Below, in pieces: positions 9,204-18,263 of a stretch of DNA of 64,000 nt (position 1 is its first letter; the number at the start of each line of letters is the position of its first letter). This DNA is from an uncultured delta proteobacterium (GTDB taxonomy: Bacteria; Desulfobacterota; Syntrophia; Syntrophales; Smithellaceae): contig CAVSCG010000036.1 in assembly GCA_963726395.1 (NCBI GenBank), forward strand, positions 19,060 to 83,059, written 5' to 3'. A model generated the notes under the pieces. It saw nothing but the letters and a program-made list of their open reading frames with translations. It did not search any database and was not told where the DNA came from. The position numbers were made by a program, and so were the translations under genes.

Positions 9204-11229
9204 ATCGCAAAGGCCTGGTTATTCGCCAGCTTGTCGACTGGTAGAGTGCAGCAATCTGCGCATCGTGCTCGGAAACGGCCTGATCGAGGTCTGTGCCCCG
9301 TCCGACGCCGTTCCCAGTTAAGATTTGCATTGGCTGCCGTCCCTCCGGCAATCGTCCGGCCGGCATCGGCATCAGATGCATATATTTTTTAACTTTGTCT
9401 CCTGCAAATCGTAAAGGCCTGGTCATTCGCCAGCTCGTCGAGGAATAAATGGCGGCAATCTGCGCTTCACGGTCCGCCAATATTTCGAGCGGAAGGGATG
9501 GGCTTTCGTGATTCATGTAAGTACGCATTGTTTTATAGTAGATACAAGTGCTGCAAGGAATATCTTCCCGCGGAGGCATCAGGCCCATTAACATTTGACG
9601 CGCATAATTTATCTTTTCATTGTTGATGCATTCCAGCAATCCCTCTTCAAACACATTTCCGTAGTCCAGTTTATAATTAATGCTGCAACCCAGCAGTCTT
9701 CCGTCCGCATGGATCTGGAGGTTTTCCCAAAGCTGCCCGCAGGAAACTTTTTGCAGGTAATGCTCCCCGTGCTTTTCTAAATATTCCTGCCGGTCGGCGC
9801 AATCCAGGCCGCTTTCTCTCCGTATACGTTCCCGATTTCTTACCGGCGAAAATATTTTGCCCGTATACAGATCGCCAAAGGATAATTTTACGCGAAAATC
9901 CATTTTCAGTTCAACAGCCATATTTCTTGCTTTTTCAATTTCGTGTTCATTATGTCCAAAAGCAATAAACTGCCAGGTCATTTTAGGCAGATCCGTTTTG
10001 TAGCGCTGCTTGAATGCATTGATCGTACGAATATGAGCAATGACTCTTTCAAAGTCGCCGCCGACACGGTATATTTTATAGGTCTCATTGGACGCCCCAT
10101 CCAAAGCAACGGTCATACCCTGTAATTGATATTTCACCAGAGCCTCTAATATGTCGCTGGTGGCGGTATTCAAATTCACGCCGCAGTTTGCCTGCAAGGC
10201 GACATTCTTTTTAAATCCGTATTTAAGAATGGCTGTTATTTCAGGATTTAAAAGGATTTCTCCCCAGTTCGACAATTCGATAGATTTGATCCATGGATTG
10301 GCATCAATTAATTTTTTGAAATCGGTAAATTTCAAGAATTTTGCTCCTAAAGTCTTTAGCGTCATCCCCTGACCGGTAGGACAGGAAGGGCACTTAAGCT
10401 GACAGGCTGAAGACGCGTCAAGCATAATGAATGACGGCTTAATCATTCCATTCAGTTTGAAACCGGATAATTTCTGCCATCGCTCTGCGGAATGTCGATG
10501 AAATTCGAAGACGAGATATTTGGCTGTACAATCGGTAGGGTTGGACATTCCATGGGGTTTCCCGGCTTCATAGAAAATCACGCTGGGCGCTTTGATGATT
10601 TGGCCAAGCGTCTCTACTTCCCCTTCCAGGAGAAGAATGGCCACGTCGTAAGGATCAACATGCGGTTCATAACCGGAGCCGGAAGCCAGACTCGTCGCGT
10701 GACAGTGAAGCTTTCCCAAATACTGGGTCGGCTCCTCAAACATAAGTTGCATCGAAAGACTCTGATCGACACCAATCTCATCCCGTGCCGGCAGAGCATT
10801 GAAACGACAAAAATCCAGCATGGCGTTCCGAAAAGAAGAGAGTCCGCGCCATCGAAACATAAGATAATTTGCTGGTTGTTCGCTGATCGTTTCGAGACTG
10901 TGCGCGAAGTTGGCCGGGTAGAAAACAAAATCGTATTTTTGTAAACGTTTCCGATAAAAGCCGGGTTGAGCGGAGGCATGATGATCTTTCAAAATAATAT
11001 CGATTTCGCCCGATAAAACAATCAGAATCTCTTCGTCTGTGTGTTCATGAGGGGCGTGCGGACTGAAACCGCAGGCCAGTGTTGAAGCATGACAGGAAAG
11101 ATGGTTCAGTGTAGCCGTTGAACCCTGAAAAATAGGATAAGGCTTCCACACTTCCCCGGCATCCAGAGGCAAAGGAAGTTTGAAGGGATAGCACCCGCTT
11201 TTTATTACCGTTTGATTGATGATTCTCAA
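9100..11229 (-). CDS. Bicupin + radical SAM/SPASM fusion protein with two tandem C-terminal STSWRxTRPLR modules
   Basis: 709 aa. Cupin 1: GFSPHAPHEHTDEEILIVLSGE..PANFAHS. Cupin 2: YEPHVDPYDVAILLLEGE..GKPHGMSN. Radical SAM cluster motif: CQLKCPSC (Cx3Cx2C). A Cys-rich SPASM-like region follows (CGQLW..GCSINY..PCSTCIYY). Two repeats follow: AQIAAIYSSTSWRMTRPLRFAGDKVKKYMHL and AQIAALYQSTSWRITRPLRFAGNKVKEHMHL. Confidence 0.8.
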   Translation of the reverse strand: MRIINQTVIKSGCYPFKLPLPLDAGEVWKPYPIFQGSTATLNHLSCHASTLACGFSPHAPHEHTDEEILIVLSGEIDIILKDHHASAQPGFYRKRLQKYDFVFYPANFAHSLETISEQPANYLMFRWRGLSSFRNAMLDFCRFNALPARDEIGVDQSLSMQLMFEEPTQYLGKLHCHATSLASGSGYEPHVDPYDVAILLLEGEVETLGQIIKAPSVIFYEAGKPHGMSNPTDCTAKYLVFEFHRHSAERWQKLSGFKLNGMIKPSFIMLDASSACQLKCPSCPTGQGMTLKTLGAKFLKFTDFKKLIDANPWIKSIELSNWGEILLNPEITAILKYGFKKNVALQANCGVNLNTATSDILEALVKYQLQGMTVALDGASNETYKIYRVGGDFERVIAHIRTINAFKQRYKTDLPKMTWQFIAFGHNEHEIEKARNMAVELKMDFRVKLSFGDLYTGKIFSPVRNRERIRRESGLDCADRQEYLEKHGEHYLQKVSCGQLWENLQIHADGRLLGCSINYKLDYGNVFEEGLLECINNEKINYARQMLMGLMPPREDIPCSTCIYYKTMRTYMNHESPSLPLEILADREAQIAAIYSSTSWRMTRPLRFAGDKVKKYMHLMPMPAGRLPEGRQPMQILTGNGVGRGTDLDQAVSEHDAQIAALYQSTSWRITRPLRFAGNKVKEHMHLLPPPAQRLARRIYILFLRRKPS
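9154..9465 (-). repeat. Two tandem copies of an approx. 36-aa coding module (AQIAA[IL]Y.STSWR[MI]TRPLRFAG.KVK..MHL.P.PA)
   Basis: Copies at about 9358..9465 and 9154..9261 are also similar at DNA level (ctgcaaatcg[ct]aaaggcctggt[ct]attcgccagct). Confidence 0.85.
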
Positions 11230-11345
11230 AACTCCGTTTAGTTATCCGCGCCTGCCAAAAAGCGATAGGTCTGACTATTATGATCAAAGCTGTTTGAACG
11301 CTTTACCATGCCAATTTTATGATTCAATTTTAAGTTACTATCCAT

Positions 11346-12049
11346 CTACGCGGAAATCAAATTACCGCGGTCCAATTGGATAGTCCGGTTGCAAACTTTT
11401 TCGACCAGTTCCGGTGAATGCGTCGCGATAATCAGGATGCTGGATTTCTGAACAATTTCATGTAACCGTTGCTGTGCTTTTTCCTTAAAATCGGCATCCC
11501 CGACCGTCAACCATTCATCCATAAGAATAATCTCGGGTTGCACAAGCGTCGCTATTGAAAAAGCTAAGCGCATCTGCATGCCTGTGGAATAGGTCCGAAG
11601 CGGCATGCGAATGAAATCACCCAAGCCGGCGAAATCAACAATATCAATTATCTTGGAGGACAGCCATTGACGGTTGAAACCGAGCAGAGCTCCTCTAAGG
11701 TAGATATTTTCTATGCCGGTTGCCTCTCCATCCATCCCGAGGCTCAGATCAATCATACTGGTAATTTTCCCCTGGACTTCGAGACAACCCTCTATCGGCT
11801 CATAAACTCCGGAAATAACCCGCAGCAATGTGCTTTTACCTGCGCCATTGTGACCGACCACACCCACCCGGTCTCCTTCTTTAATTCAAGGCTAATGCTT
11901 TGCAGAGCCCTAACGACCACACGACCCTGTTCATTGGAACCCATGCGGCCGCCGGTTGCCGCCTGCATCAGCTGGTTTTTCAGCGAACGTCCTGTGGTAT
12001 TATAGATCGGAAAATCAACACTTACATTATTCATACGAATGTGTGTCAT
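11346..12049 (-). pseudogene. Polysaccharide/O-antigen ABC exporter ATP-binding protein (Wzt/TagH/KpsT type), frameshifted
   Basis: 11792..12049 (MTHIRMNNVSVDFPIY..ISLELK) plus 11346..11867 (GVVGHNGAGKSTLL..YSTGMQMRLAF..LMDEWL). There is one indel near 11879. The product is short (about 235 aa) with no C-terminal carbohydrate-binding extension. Confidence 0.85.
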
Positions 12050-12058
12050 AAATCAATC

Positions 12059-12860
12059 CTATAACCAATAAGCTATGCGCGAACGAAACCGTCCGTAAAA
12101 TAAGATTGTAATGCACCATCCTACCAAGGCCAGTACAACACAAATAAGCCAGCTGAAGCAGATGGCAGCGTTCCCAGTAAGGGTGCACGGACAATTTCGA
12201 TCAAATGGAAAAAAGGATTGGCGTCCAGCAAAAGAAAGCTGGCGCGTTTCGGCAATAGATACGGCATCCAGATGATCGGCGTCAGATAAAAGCAAACCTG
12301 CAAAAGATTGCTGAAAGATCTGAGGCATGTCGCGAAAACGGGTACAAAAACACCAAGCAGCAGAGCCATCCAGGACAAGTTAATCATCAATAGCACAAAT
12401 CCAAGAAGCGGAAAAAATTGCGGTAGCACGTAAAGGCACCCAGAAGACCAATAAAACCAAATGGATAGATGACAATGTTATGAGCAAAAATAACCACGAT
12501 TGCGCCATATCACCCGAAGAATATGCGTAAATAGACGGCAGAGAAATTTGCTTGATGATGGCCTCGGCCACTGTGAAGCCAAGTGCAGCCCTCGATTAGC
12601 ATCGTAGTGATCAGCGTCCATAAAATCAACCCGATGGTAAGGAAGGGTAAAAACTCTTTCATCGGAGCGGCAAAGAGATTACCAAATACTAAACCAAGCG
12701 CTCCAATCAACACACCCATGCTGATGGTAATCCAAAAAGGCCCGAGTGATGATCGCCGATAACGTTGACGAATATCCTGCATGCCGAGAATACCGGCCAG
12801 TTCATAACCCTTTAGAGCCGCAAAGATATCGCGCCAACCGGAAATAAATAATTTATACAT
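12059..12860 (-). pseudogene. ABC-2 type polysaccharide exporter permease (Wzm/TagG/KpsM type), at least 3 frameshifts
   Basis: Four overlapping ORF pieces (12510..12878, 12380..12571, 12121..12429, 12059..12328) read consecutively as one ABC-2 permease: MYKLFISGWRDIF..QDIRQRYRRSSLGPFW..NPFFHLIEIVRAPLLG. Confidence 0.75.
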
Positions 12861-12883
12861 AAGTTTAATAAGCACCAAGCTGA

Positions 12884-13651
12884 CTATCCATTATATATCT
12901 TTAATACCATACCAAAGCTGCCCCACATACTCTCTGAAAATAAGCTGTTATTGTAAAGCCATTGAGACTGCGGAATGTATCGGACTGCGGGAGTACCTGC
13001 CGGCGATGCGTAGAGATAGTTAGACGGCAGAGGAATCACATTGTTGAAAAACTTTCGAAATTCTGTCTCGCTTCGTTTCATGTGATAGGCCGAAGTCACC
13101 AGTCCGATCTTTATATCTTTATCGACGAACATTTTGTTGAACTTCACCGCATTTTCATACGTGTTTTCCGATTTGGCTTCGATGCGGATCCTCTCCTTGG
13201 GCACGCCGAAGGCTTCGGCCATTTGCGCCATAAGCGCCGCATCGGATATTTTGCCATCGCCTTTCCCGGAGCAGACAAGATATTTGGCATTGTATTCTTT
13301 ATACATTCGAATGGCATGAACCAGCCTGACGGTGGTAGCTTCGCCGGGAAACGTTTTGTCCAGGGCATGAATATAGTAATTGCCCCCGCTCAATGCTACG
13401 ATAACATCAAGTGTCATTTTTTCTCCGACCGGACGGTTCTTGATATAGTCTTTCTCCAGCCTGTAGCTCAGGTAGTTGGATGTAGGCTCGATGCTGAATC
13501 CATAGAGTAAAACAATGGTTAAAAATAAAAACAAAACACCGCTTTTTTTCTTGCCTGAAATCAGGCAAATCAAAAAAGAGATAAGCAGAAAGACAAAAAT
13601 AATAAAAATGGGATCAACGCATGATTTCAATATATGGTAAATTTGCTCCAT
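12884..13651 (-). CDS. DUF218 (YdcF/ElyC/SanA-like) envelope protein
   Basis: 255 aa. N-terminal TM segments. Contains VALSGG..ATTVRLVHAIRMYKE..LVCSGKG and LVTSAYHMKRS. Confidence 0.8.
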   Translation of the reverse strand: MEQIYHILKSCVDPIFIIFVFLLISFLICLISGKKKSGVLFLFLTIVLLYGFSIEPTSNYLSYRLEKDYIKNRPVGEKMTLDVIVALSGGNYYIHALDKTFPGEATTVRLVHAIRMYKEYNAKYLVCSGKGDGKISDAALMAQMAEAFGVPKERIRIEAKSENTYENAVKFNKMFVDKDIKIGLVTSAYHMKRSETEFRKFFNNVIPLPSNYLYASPAGTPAVRYIPQSQWLYNNSLFSESMWGSFGMVLKIYNG

Positions 13652-14202
13652 GGCCTATCTGTTCTCCTGGGATTTCCATTCGACAATAAGTATTTTTAAG
13701 CCTGTTTCCTGATCTTTAAACCTTGATGAAACTTGTCCTTTTTACAGCTCCGCCTCTTCAGTTACATCAGCGAAAGAAATGTAATCTATTAATAATTACA
13801 ATACTTTCCCAACGTTTTTAATAAACTGATGATGCAAGTTATAGAAAACAATGAGAATAAGCAATAAAAAGTTATTTATCGATTTGAAATATTTTTCTTC
13901 GGAATGCCATAGTCTCGCATCACATCTGGATGACCTTGTCTTCGGGCAGCAACTGGCTGACAAGGCTTTTGAAACGGTCCAAAAGCATTCCTGGATTAAA
14001 AAAGCGGAGCGAATTGAAAGATTCATCGGCAATATGAAACCTGCCGGGATATAATTATTTATAATGGTCTTTCCTAGCGAAAAGTGATAGTTTTTTTAAA
14101 AAGCATTTCGGCTTCCCCAGGTGAAATTTTCCATCTCGCTGATTGTGCATAAGTTTCAGTAGAATTCAGAGAAAAAGGAAAAAAAGGACAAGACTTTTCA
14201 GC

Positions 14203-15423
14203 ATGATGATTAGGCAACTTTTTCACAAATACACCCAGATCGTCATCGTCCTTTGTGTTGCATCCCTTGTTTTTTTAAATCCTTTTCCTCATGTTACCGC
14301 TCCGAGTGAAATATTTTTTTATACCGCGCTGGCCCTGGCGCTATTGCTGTTTATTTCCAAGGCCACGAGACCGGACATCAGCTCACCACTTGGCCTTCCT
14401 TTCCTTTGCTTTCTGCTGTTTGCGCTTGCCAGCATCGCCTGGGCCTTTGATTGGGAAAACACCGCGCATGATGTGTACCGGCATCTCTTAAGGCACATCG
14501 TTTTGTATCTCATGCTCATTTCTTTCTTTATCAGAAAGGAACACCTCCTGGCCCTCATCTGGTCCATCATCGCATCAACAACCCTTTTTTCTCTGGCTGC
14601 TCTCATCCACAGCTACATCATACTTGCAAGCCCCATATCATTCCGGATAAACTTTGAGGATATCGGAAGCAACCAGATCGCTCAGTATTGCCTGCTTGGA
14701 ACGCTCTTATCTCTGTTTTATTTCCCCGTGGCTAAAAAATGGTACCAAAAAACCGTATTAATGATTTGTTTTGTCATTACCATTTCAGCCGTCATTTTAT
14801 CTTATTCAAGGGCCTGTTTACTGGCTCTGGGAGTAGCATGTCTTTTCTGCATTTTTACGGCATCTAAATTCAAGAAGACCCTTATCGTGGTCAGTCTATT
14901 GATTCTGGCCGTCTCCATTTCACTTTTTAATCTAAGTCCGGATTATCATGAAAGAGCCCGGACCAGCACATATGAAAGAATAAAGATTTATGCAACGGCT
15001 TATGAAATGATTAAGGAAAGACCTGTTTCCGGATTCGGCTACGGAATGGAAGCATTCAAACAAAACTTTTTTAAATTCAATAAATTGAACCCGCAAAATC
15101 TTGTAAGTCAAATCGATTACGCGCATCCGCACAATGTATTTCTAGATATTACCATAAGGCTCGGCCTGGTCGGTCTGGTTCTTTTTTGTTGGATCTTGTT
15201 TCGTGTTTTTAAGATGGGAGGAGAATTGATTTGCCGCAGCAGGGATCCTTTTTACAGGCACTGGGGAATCGGCATCACTGCCTGCCTGATCGCTTTTTTG
15301 ACTGCCGGATTATTTGGAAACATTTTGAATAACAGGAGCAGCGTGATCCTTTACACAATTATAGCCATGATCACGATTCTCTGGAAACTTAATCAATACC
15401 CGGTATCGGATCCGAATCGATAA
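14203..15423 (+). CDS. O-antigen ligase family (WaaL/Wzy_C-like) membrane protein
   Basis: Polytopic membrane protein. A periplasmic loop with SRACLLALG....HPHNVFLDI fits the Wzy_C domain. ATG 14203 is preferred over the listed TTG 14143. Confidence 0.75.
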   Translation: MMIRQLFHKYTQIVIVLCVASLVFLNPFPHVTAPSEIFFYTALALALLLFISKATRPDISSPLGLPFLCFLLFALASIAWAFDWENTAHDVYRHLLRHIVLYLMLISFFIRKEHLLALIWSIIASTTLFSLAALIHSYIILASPISFRINFEDIGSNQIAQYCLLGTLLSLFYFPVAKKWYQKTVLMICFVITISAVILSYSRACLLALGVACLFCIFTASKFKKTLIVVSLLILAVSISLFNLSPDYHERARTSTYERIKIYATAYEMIKERPVSGFGYGMEAFKQNFFKFNKLNPQNLVSQIDYAHPHNVFLDITIRLGLVGLVLFCWILFRVFKMGGELICRSRDPFYRHWGIGITACLIAFLTAGLFGNILNNRSSVILYTIIAMITILWKLNQYPVSDPNR

Positions 15424-15516
15424 CTTTCTTATGTTGAAAAAGAATATCCTGGCATGTTAAGAGGCAGATTGATTGTAACTATAGAACATGATTGCGTGAG
15501 GGTCCGGGCATAGAAA

Positions 15517-16308
15517 ATGAGCTTTTTCAAAGAACTATTATTCGGCATAAGCAGACGGAAAAACGTCGCCCGAGATTTGTCAGGGAGTCTCTTGGCGGCG
15601 AAACAAATCATCTTGACCAACTATTTTACCGGCAAGAAGGATTCTCAAAGGGGTGGAAAAGATCAATTCGAACCGAATCAATTTGAAAACATGAAGGGGT
15701 GGTATAATAGCATCTTAGCCAATCAACTTCATGGCCTTATATTTCACGATCAGCTTTCAGAAGACTTTGTCGGCAAATATACCAATGACTACATCTCCTT
15801 TGAAAAATATGAACTCAAAAAAAGATATTCATTAAATGACGACCGTTTCTTCTGCTGGTATGAATGGTTGCTTCAGCATGAAGAAGTGGAATCCCTGTTT
15901 TGCACGGATTTATTTGATGTGGATTTTTTCGGGAATCCTTTTCACCTGATGGATCCTTTACGATATGATTTATATTGCGGTGATGCTAATGGTGCTAAAA
16001 TGGATGAGTGGGTCAATAATAGAATGGAATGGGCCTATGGCAAGACTTTTCACGCCGGGAAAATCAAATTTATAGCGGGCATCATGGGCGGAACACGCGA
16101 AAATATGCTGCGCCTGTTCCAAGCCATGACCCGTGATTTCGAGAAGGCGAAGCGCGCAACACGAAAAGGGAAAAATATGAATATGGGAGTGTTCAACAAG
16201 TGCGTTCATGACTTGTTTGAACAAGACAGGATATTATTCGGGTCACCGCTGAATAGCCGTTTTAAAAAGTTTGAAGGACAAGGTAACTTCTGCATCCGGC
16301 ATAAGTAG
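15517..16308 (+). CDS. Hypothetical protein, possible novel GT-A-like transferase (DVD motif)
   Basis: 263 aa and soluble. I recognise no named family. Contains LFCTDLFDVDFFGNPF (DxD-like). Sits inside the glycan locus. Confidence 0.4.
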   Translation: MSFFKELLFGISRRKNVARDLSGSLLAAKQIILTNYFTGKKDSQRGGKDQFEPNQFENMKGWYNSILANQLHGLIFHDQLSEDFVGKYTNDYISFEKYELKKRYSLNDDRFFCWYEWLLQHEEVESLFCTDLFDVDFFGNPFHLMDPLRYDLYCGDANGAKMDEWVNNRMEWAYGKTFHAGKIKFIAGIMGGTRENMLRLFQAMTRDFEKAKRATRKGKNMNMGVFNKCVHDLFEQDRILFGSPLNSRFKKFEGQGNFCIRHK

Positions 16309-16508
16309 AATTAACTTCCATGGCTTGTTGTCGCAAATGCCTCAATGCATGGATGAGATGCGTGCGAAAGGAAGGCATTTGCATCCTTGAGCACGGTTCG
16401 GCAAATGAACCTCAATGGTCCAACGAACTTGATCCATTTGGAGCGGATATTTGTCTAATGCCCTACCTCATCACATCATGGGGAAAGGGGAAGTATGGCG
16501 TGAGGGAA

Positions 16509-16913
16509 CTACTCACAGCACCAACAAAGCGTGACAGTCAAAGCCATCTGAAGTTTATCGTAATCCAGAGGTTTTGAACCGTGAATATGGTGGAGTTGAC
16601 GTGCGTTGGCCAGGACAACCTTAAAACCACGGCTGTCCAGAATCTCAAATAACGGTATCCAGTATACACCCGTGCTTTCCATGGCGACGGTCTCAACACC
16701 CTGCTCCTTGAGCCAATCGGCAAGCCGCACCAGTTCAGGGGTCGTCATGCCGAAGCGCGCCACATTCGGACGGTCGTCATCCCGTGACGGACCGGCAACC
16801 CAGTGTTCACGAGAACCCAGGTCTATCCCGGCTGCATCCGGTTCGATGGTCTTAAGAGACCGATGTGAGTGTGCACGATCATTTTTGTTGACTTTCTTGC
16901 GTTGACCTACCAT
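16509..16913 (-). pseudogene. IS110-family (DEDD) transposase, N-terminal fragment only
   Basis: AAGIDLGSREHWVA...VETVAMESTGVYWIPLFEILDSRGFKVVLANARQLHHI is the RuvC-like DEDD_Tnp_IS110 domain. The ORF stops after about 134 aa and no C-terminal Transposase_20 domain lies downstream. Confidence 0.8.
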
Positions 16914-17195
16914 TATTTATTGCCTCCTTTTCTGGGGATGCAGGTGTGGCAGCCCGGGATGGCAACTTTTTGATTCTCGTATGGGTGAGAGCGAATGCCT
17001 CAACAATGATCAAGGGCAGTCCGGAACCATGCTGAACTGGGGGCAAGATTGCTCCAGTGCAATTAGGGTCTTAGCTGCTGCCGCACCTACTTAAAAACGC
17101 TTGATAGACCCGGCAGGGCAATGGTGCAAAAAAAAGTTTCATCCTCGATCAAACTCGGTGCCTTGGCAGCCAGCGGCGGACTGTAACTTAATATA
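16509..17195 (-). mobile_element. IS110-family insertion sequence remnant (5' leader + truncated recombinase gene)
   Basis: A GC-richer block of about 280 nt (16914..~17195) lies upstream of the transposase ATG and contrasts with the AT-rich flank at 17196..17231. The 3' half of the element is missing. Boundaries are approximate. Confidence 0.55.
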
Positions 17196-17231
17196 TGGTA
17201 AAAATATTTAAAGAAGATTAAGAATAATAAA

Positions 17232-18263
17232 ATGCATTTAAAAAGTAATAATATTTTAGTTACCGGTGCTGCCGGGTTTATTGGTTTTCATCTTTGCAAT
17301 CGTCTTCTTGGTGATGGCAATGACGTTGTCGGTATCGATAATATCAATGATTACTATGACGTGAACCTGAAACATGCCCGTATTGCCATTCTACAAAAAC
17401 ATAGCAACTTCACTTTTTATAAAATAGATATTGCTGATCTTCATGCCATGGAAGACCTCTTCGCCAACCAACGCGAAAATGCTTTTGATGTTGTAATAAA
17501 TTTGGCTGCACAGCCAGGTGTACGCTACTCACTGAAAAACCCTCATTCCTATATCAGAAGCAACATTGTCGGATTCACTAACATTCTGGAATGTTGCAGG
17601 CATAACAAAGTCAAGCATCTTGTCTTCGCATCATCCAGCTCTATTTACGGAATGAATGACAAGATTCCCTTTTCGGTCAGCGATAACGTTGATCATCCTG
17701 TTTCACTTTATGCCGCTATCGAAAAAAGCAAATGAACTTATGGCGCATACTTACGCGCATTTCTATGGATTACCCTGTACCGGCCTGAGATTTTTTACAG
17801 TGTATGGCCCCTGGGGCCGTCCCGATATGGCTTATTTCTCTTTCACGAAAGCCATTATGGAAGGGAAACCGATTGATGTATTCAATTATGGCAAAATGAA
17901 ACGCGATTTCACCTATATTGATGATATTATCGAAGGTGTTGTTCGTGTCATGGATAAAATTCCTCAGCCAAATCCCGAATGGGACAGAAAAAATCCCGAT
18001 CCAGGTTCAAGTTATGCTCCCTATAAACTATACAACATTGGCAACAATAATCCCGTAGAACTGATAAAATTTATCGAAGTATTGGAAAACAATCATCGGT
18101 AAAAAAGCACAAAAAAATATGCTGCCCATGCAGCAGGGAGATGTTCCGATTACATATGCTCGATGTAGATGATCTAATGAATGATGTTGGATTTAAGCCA
18201 GCCACACCGCTAGAAGAAGGGATCAAAAAATTTGTCGAGTGGTACAAAGGGTATTATAAGTAG
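17232..18263 (+). pseudogene. NAD-dependent UDP-sugar (UDP-glucuronate-type) 4-epimerase, three frameshifts
   Basis: VTGAAGFIGFHL...SSSSIYG...YAA[T][11 protein letters not shown]...[14 protein letters not shown]...LPMQQGDVPITYA|DVDDLM..FVEWYKGYYK. Single extra bases at about 17719, 18094 and 18161 move the frame 0>1>2>0. None lies in a homopolymer. Confidence 0.85.

Noticed and set aside
16320-16577. 85-aa plus-strand ORF next to the IS fragment.
   Set aside because: No motif and no RBS. It overlaps the transposase remnant and is most likely non-coding debris left by the truncation.
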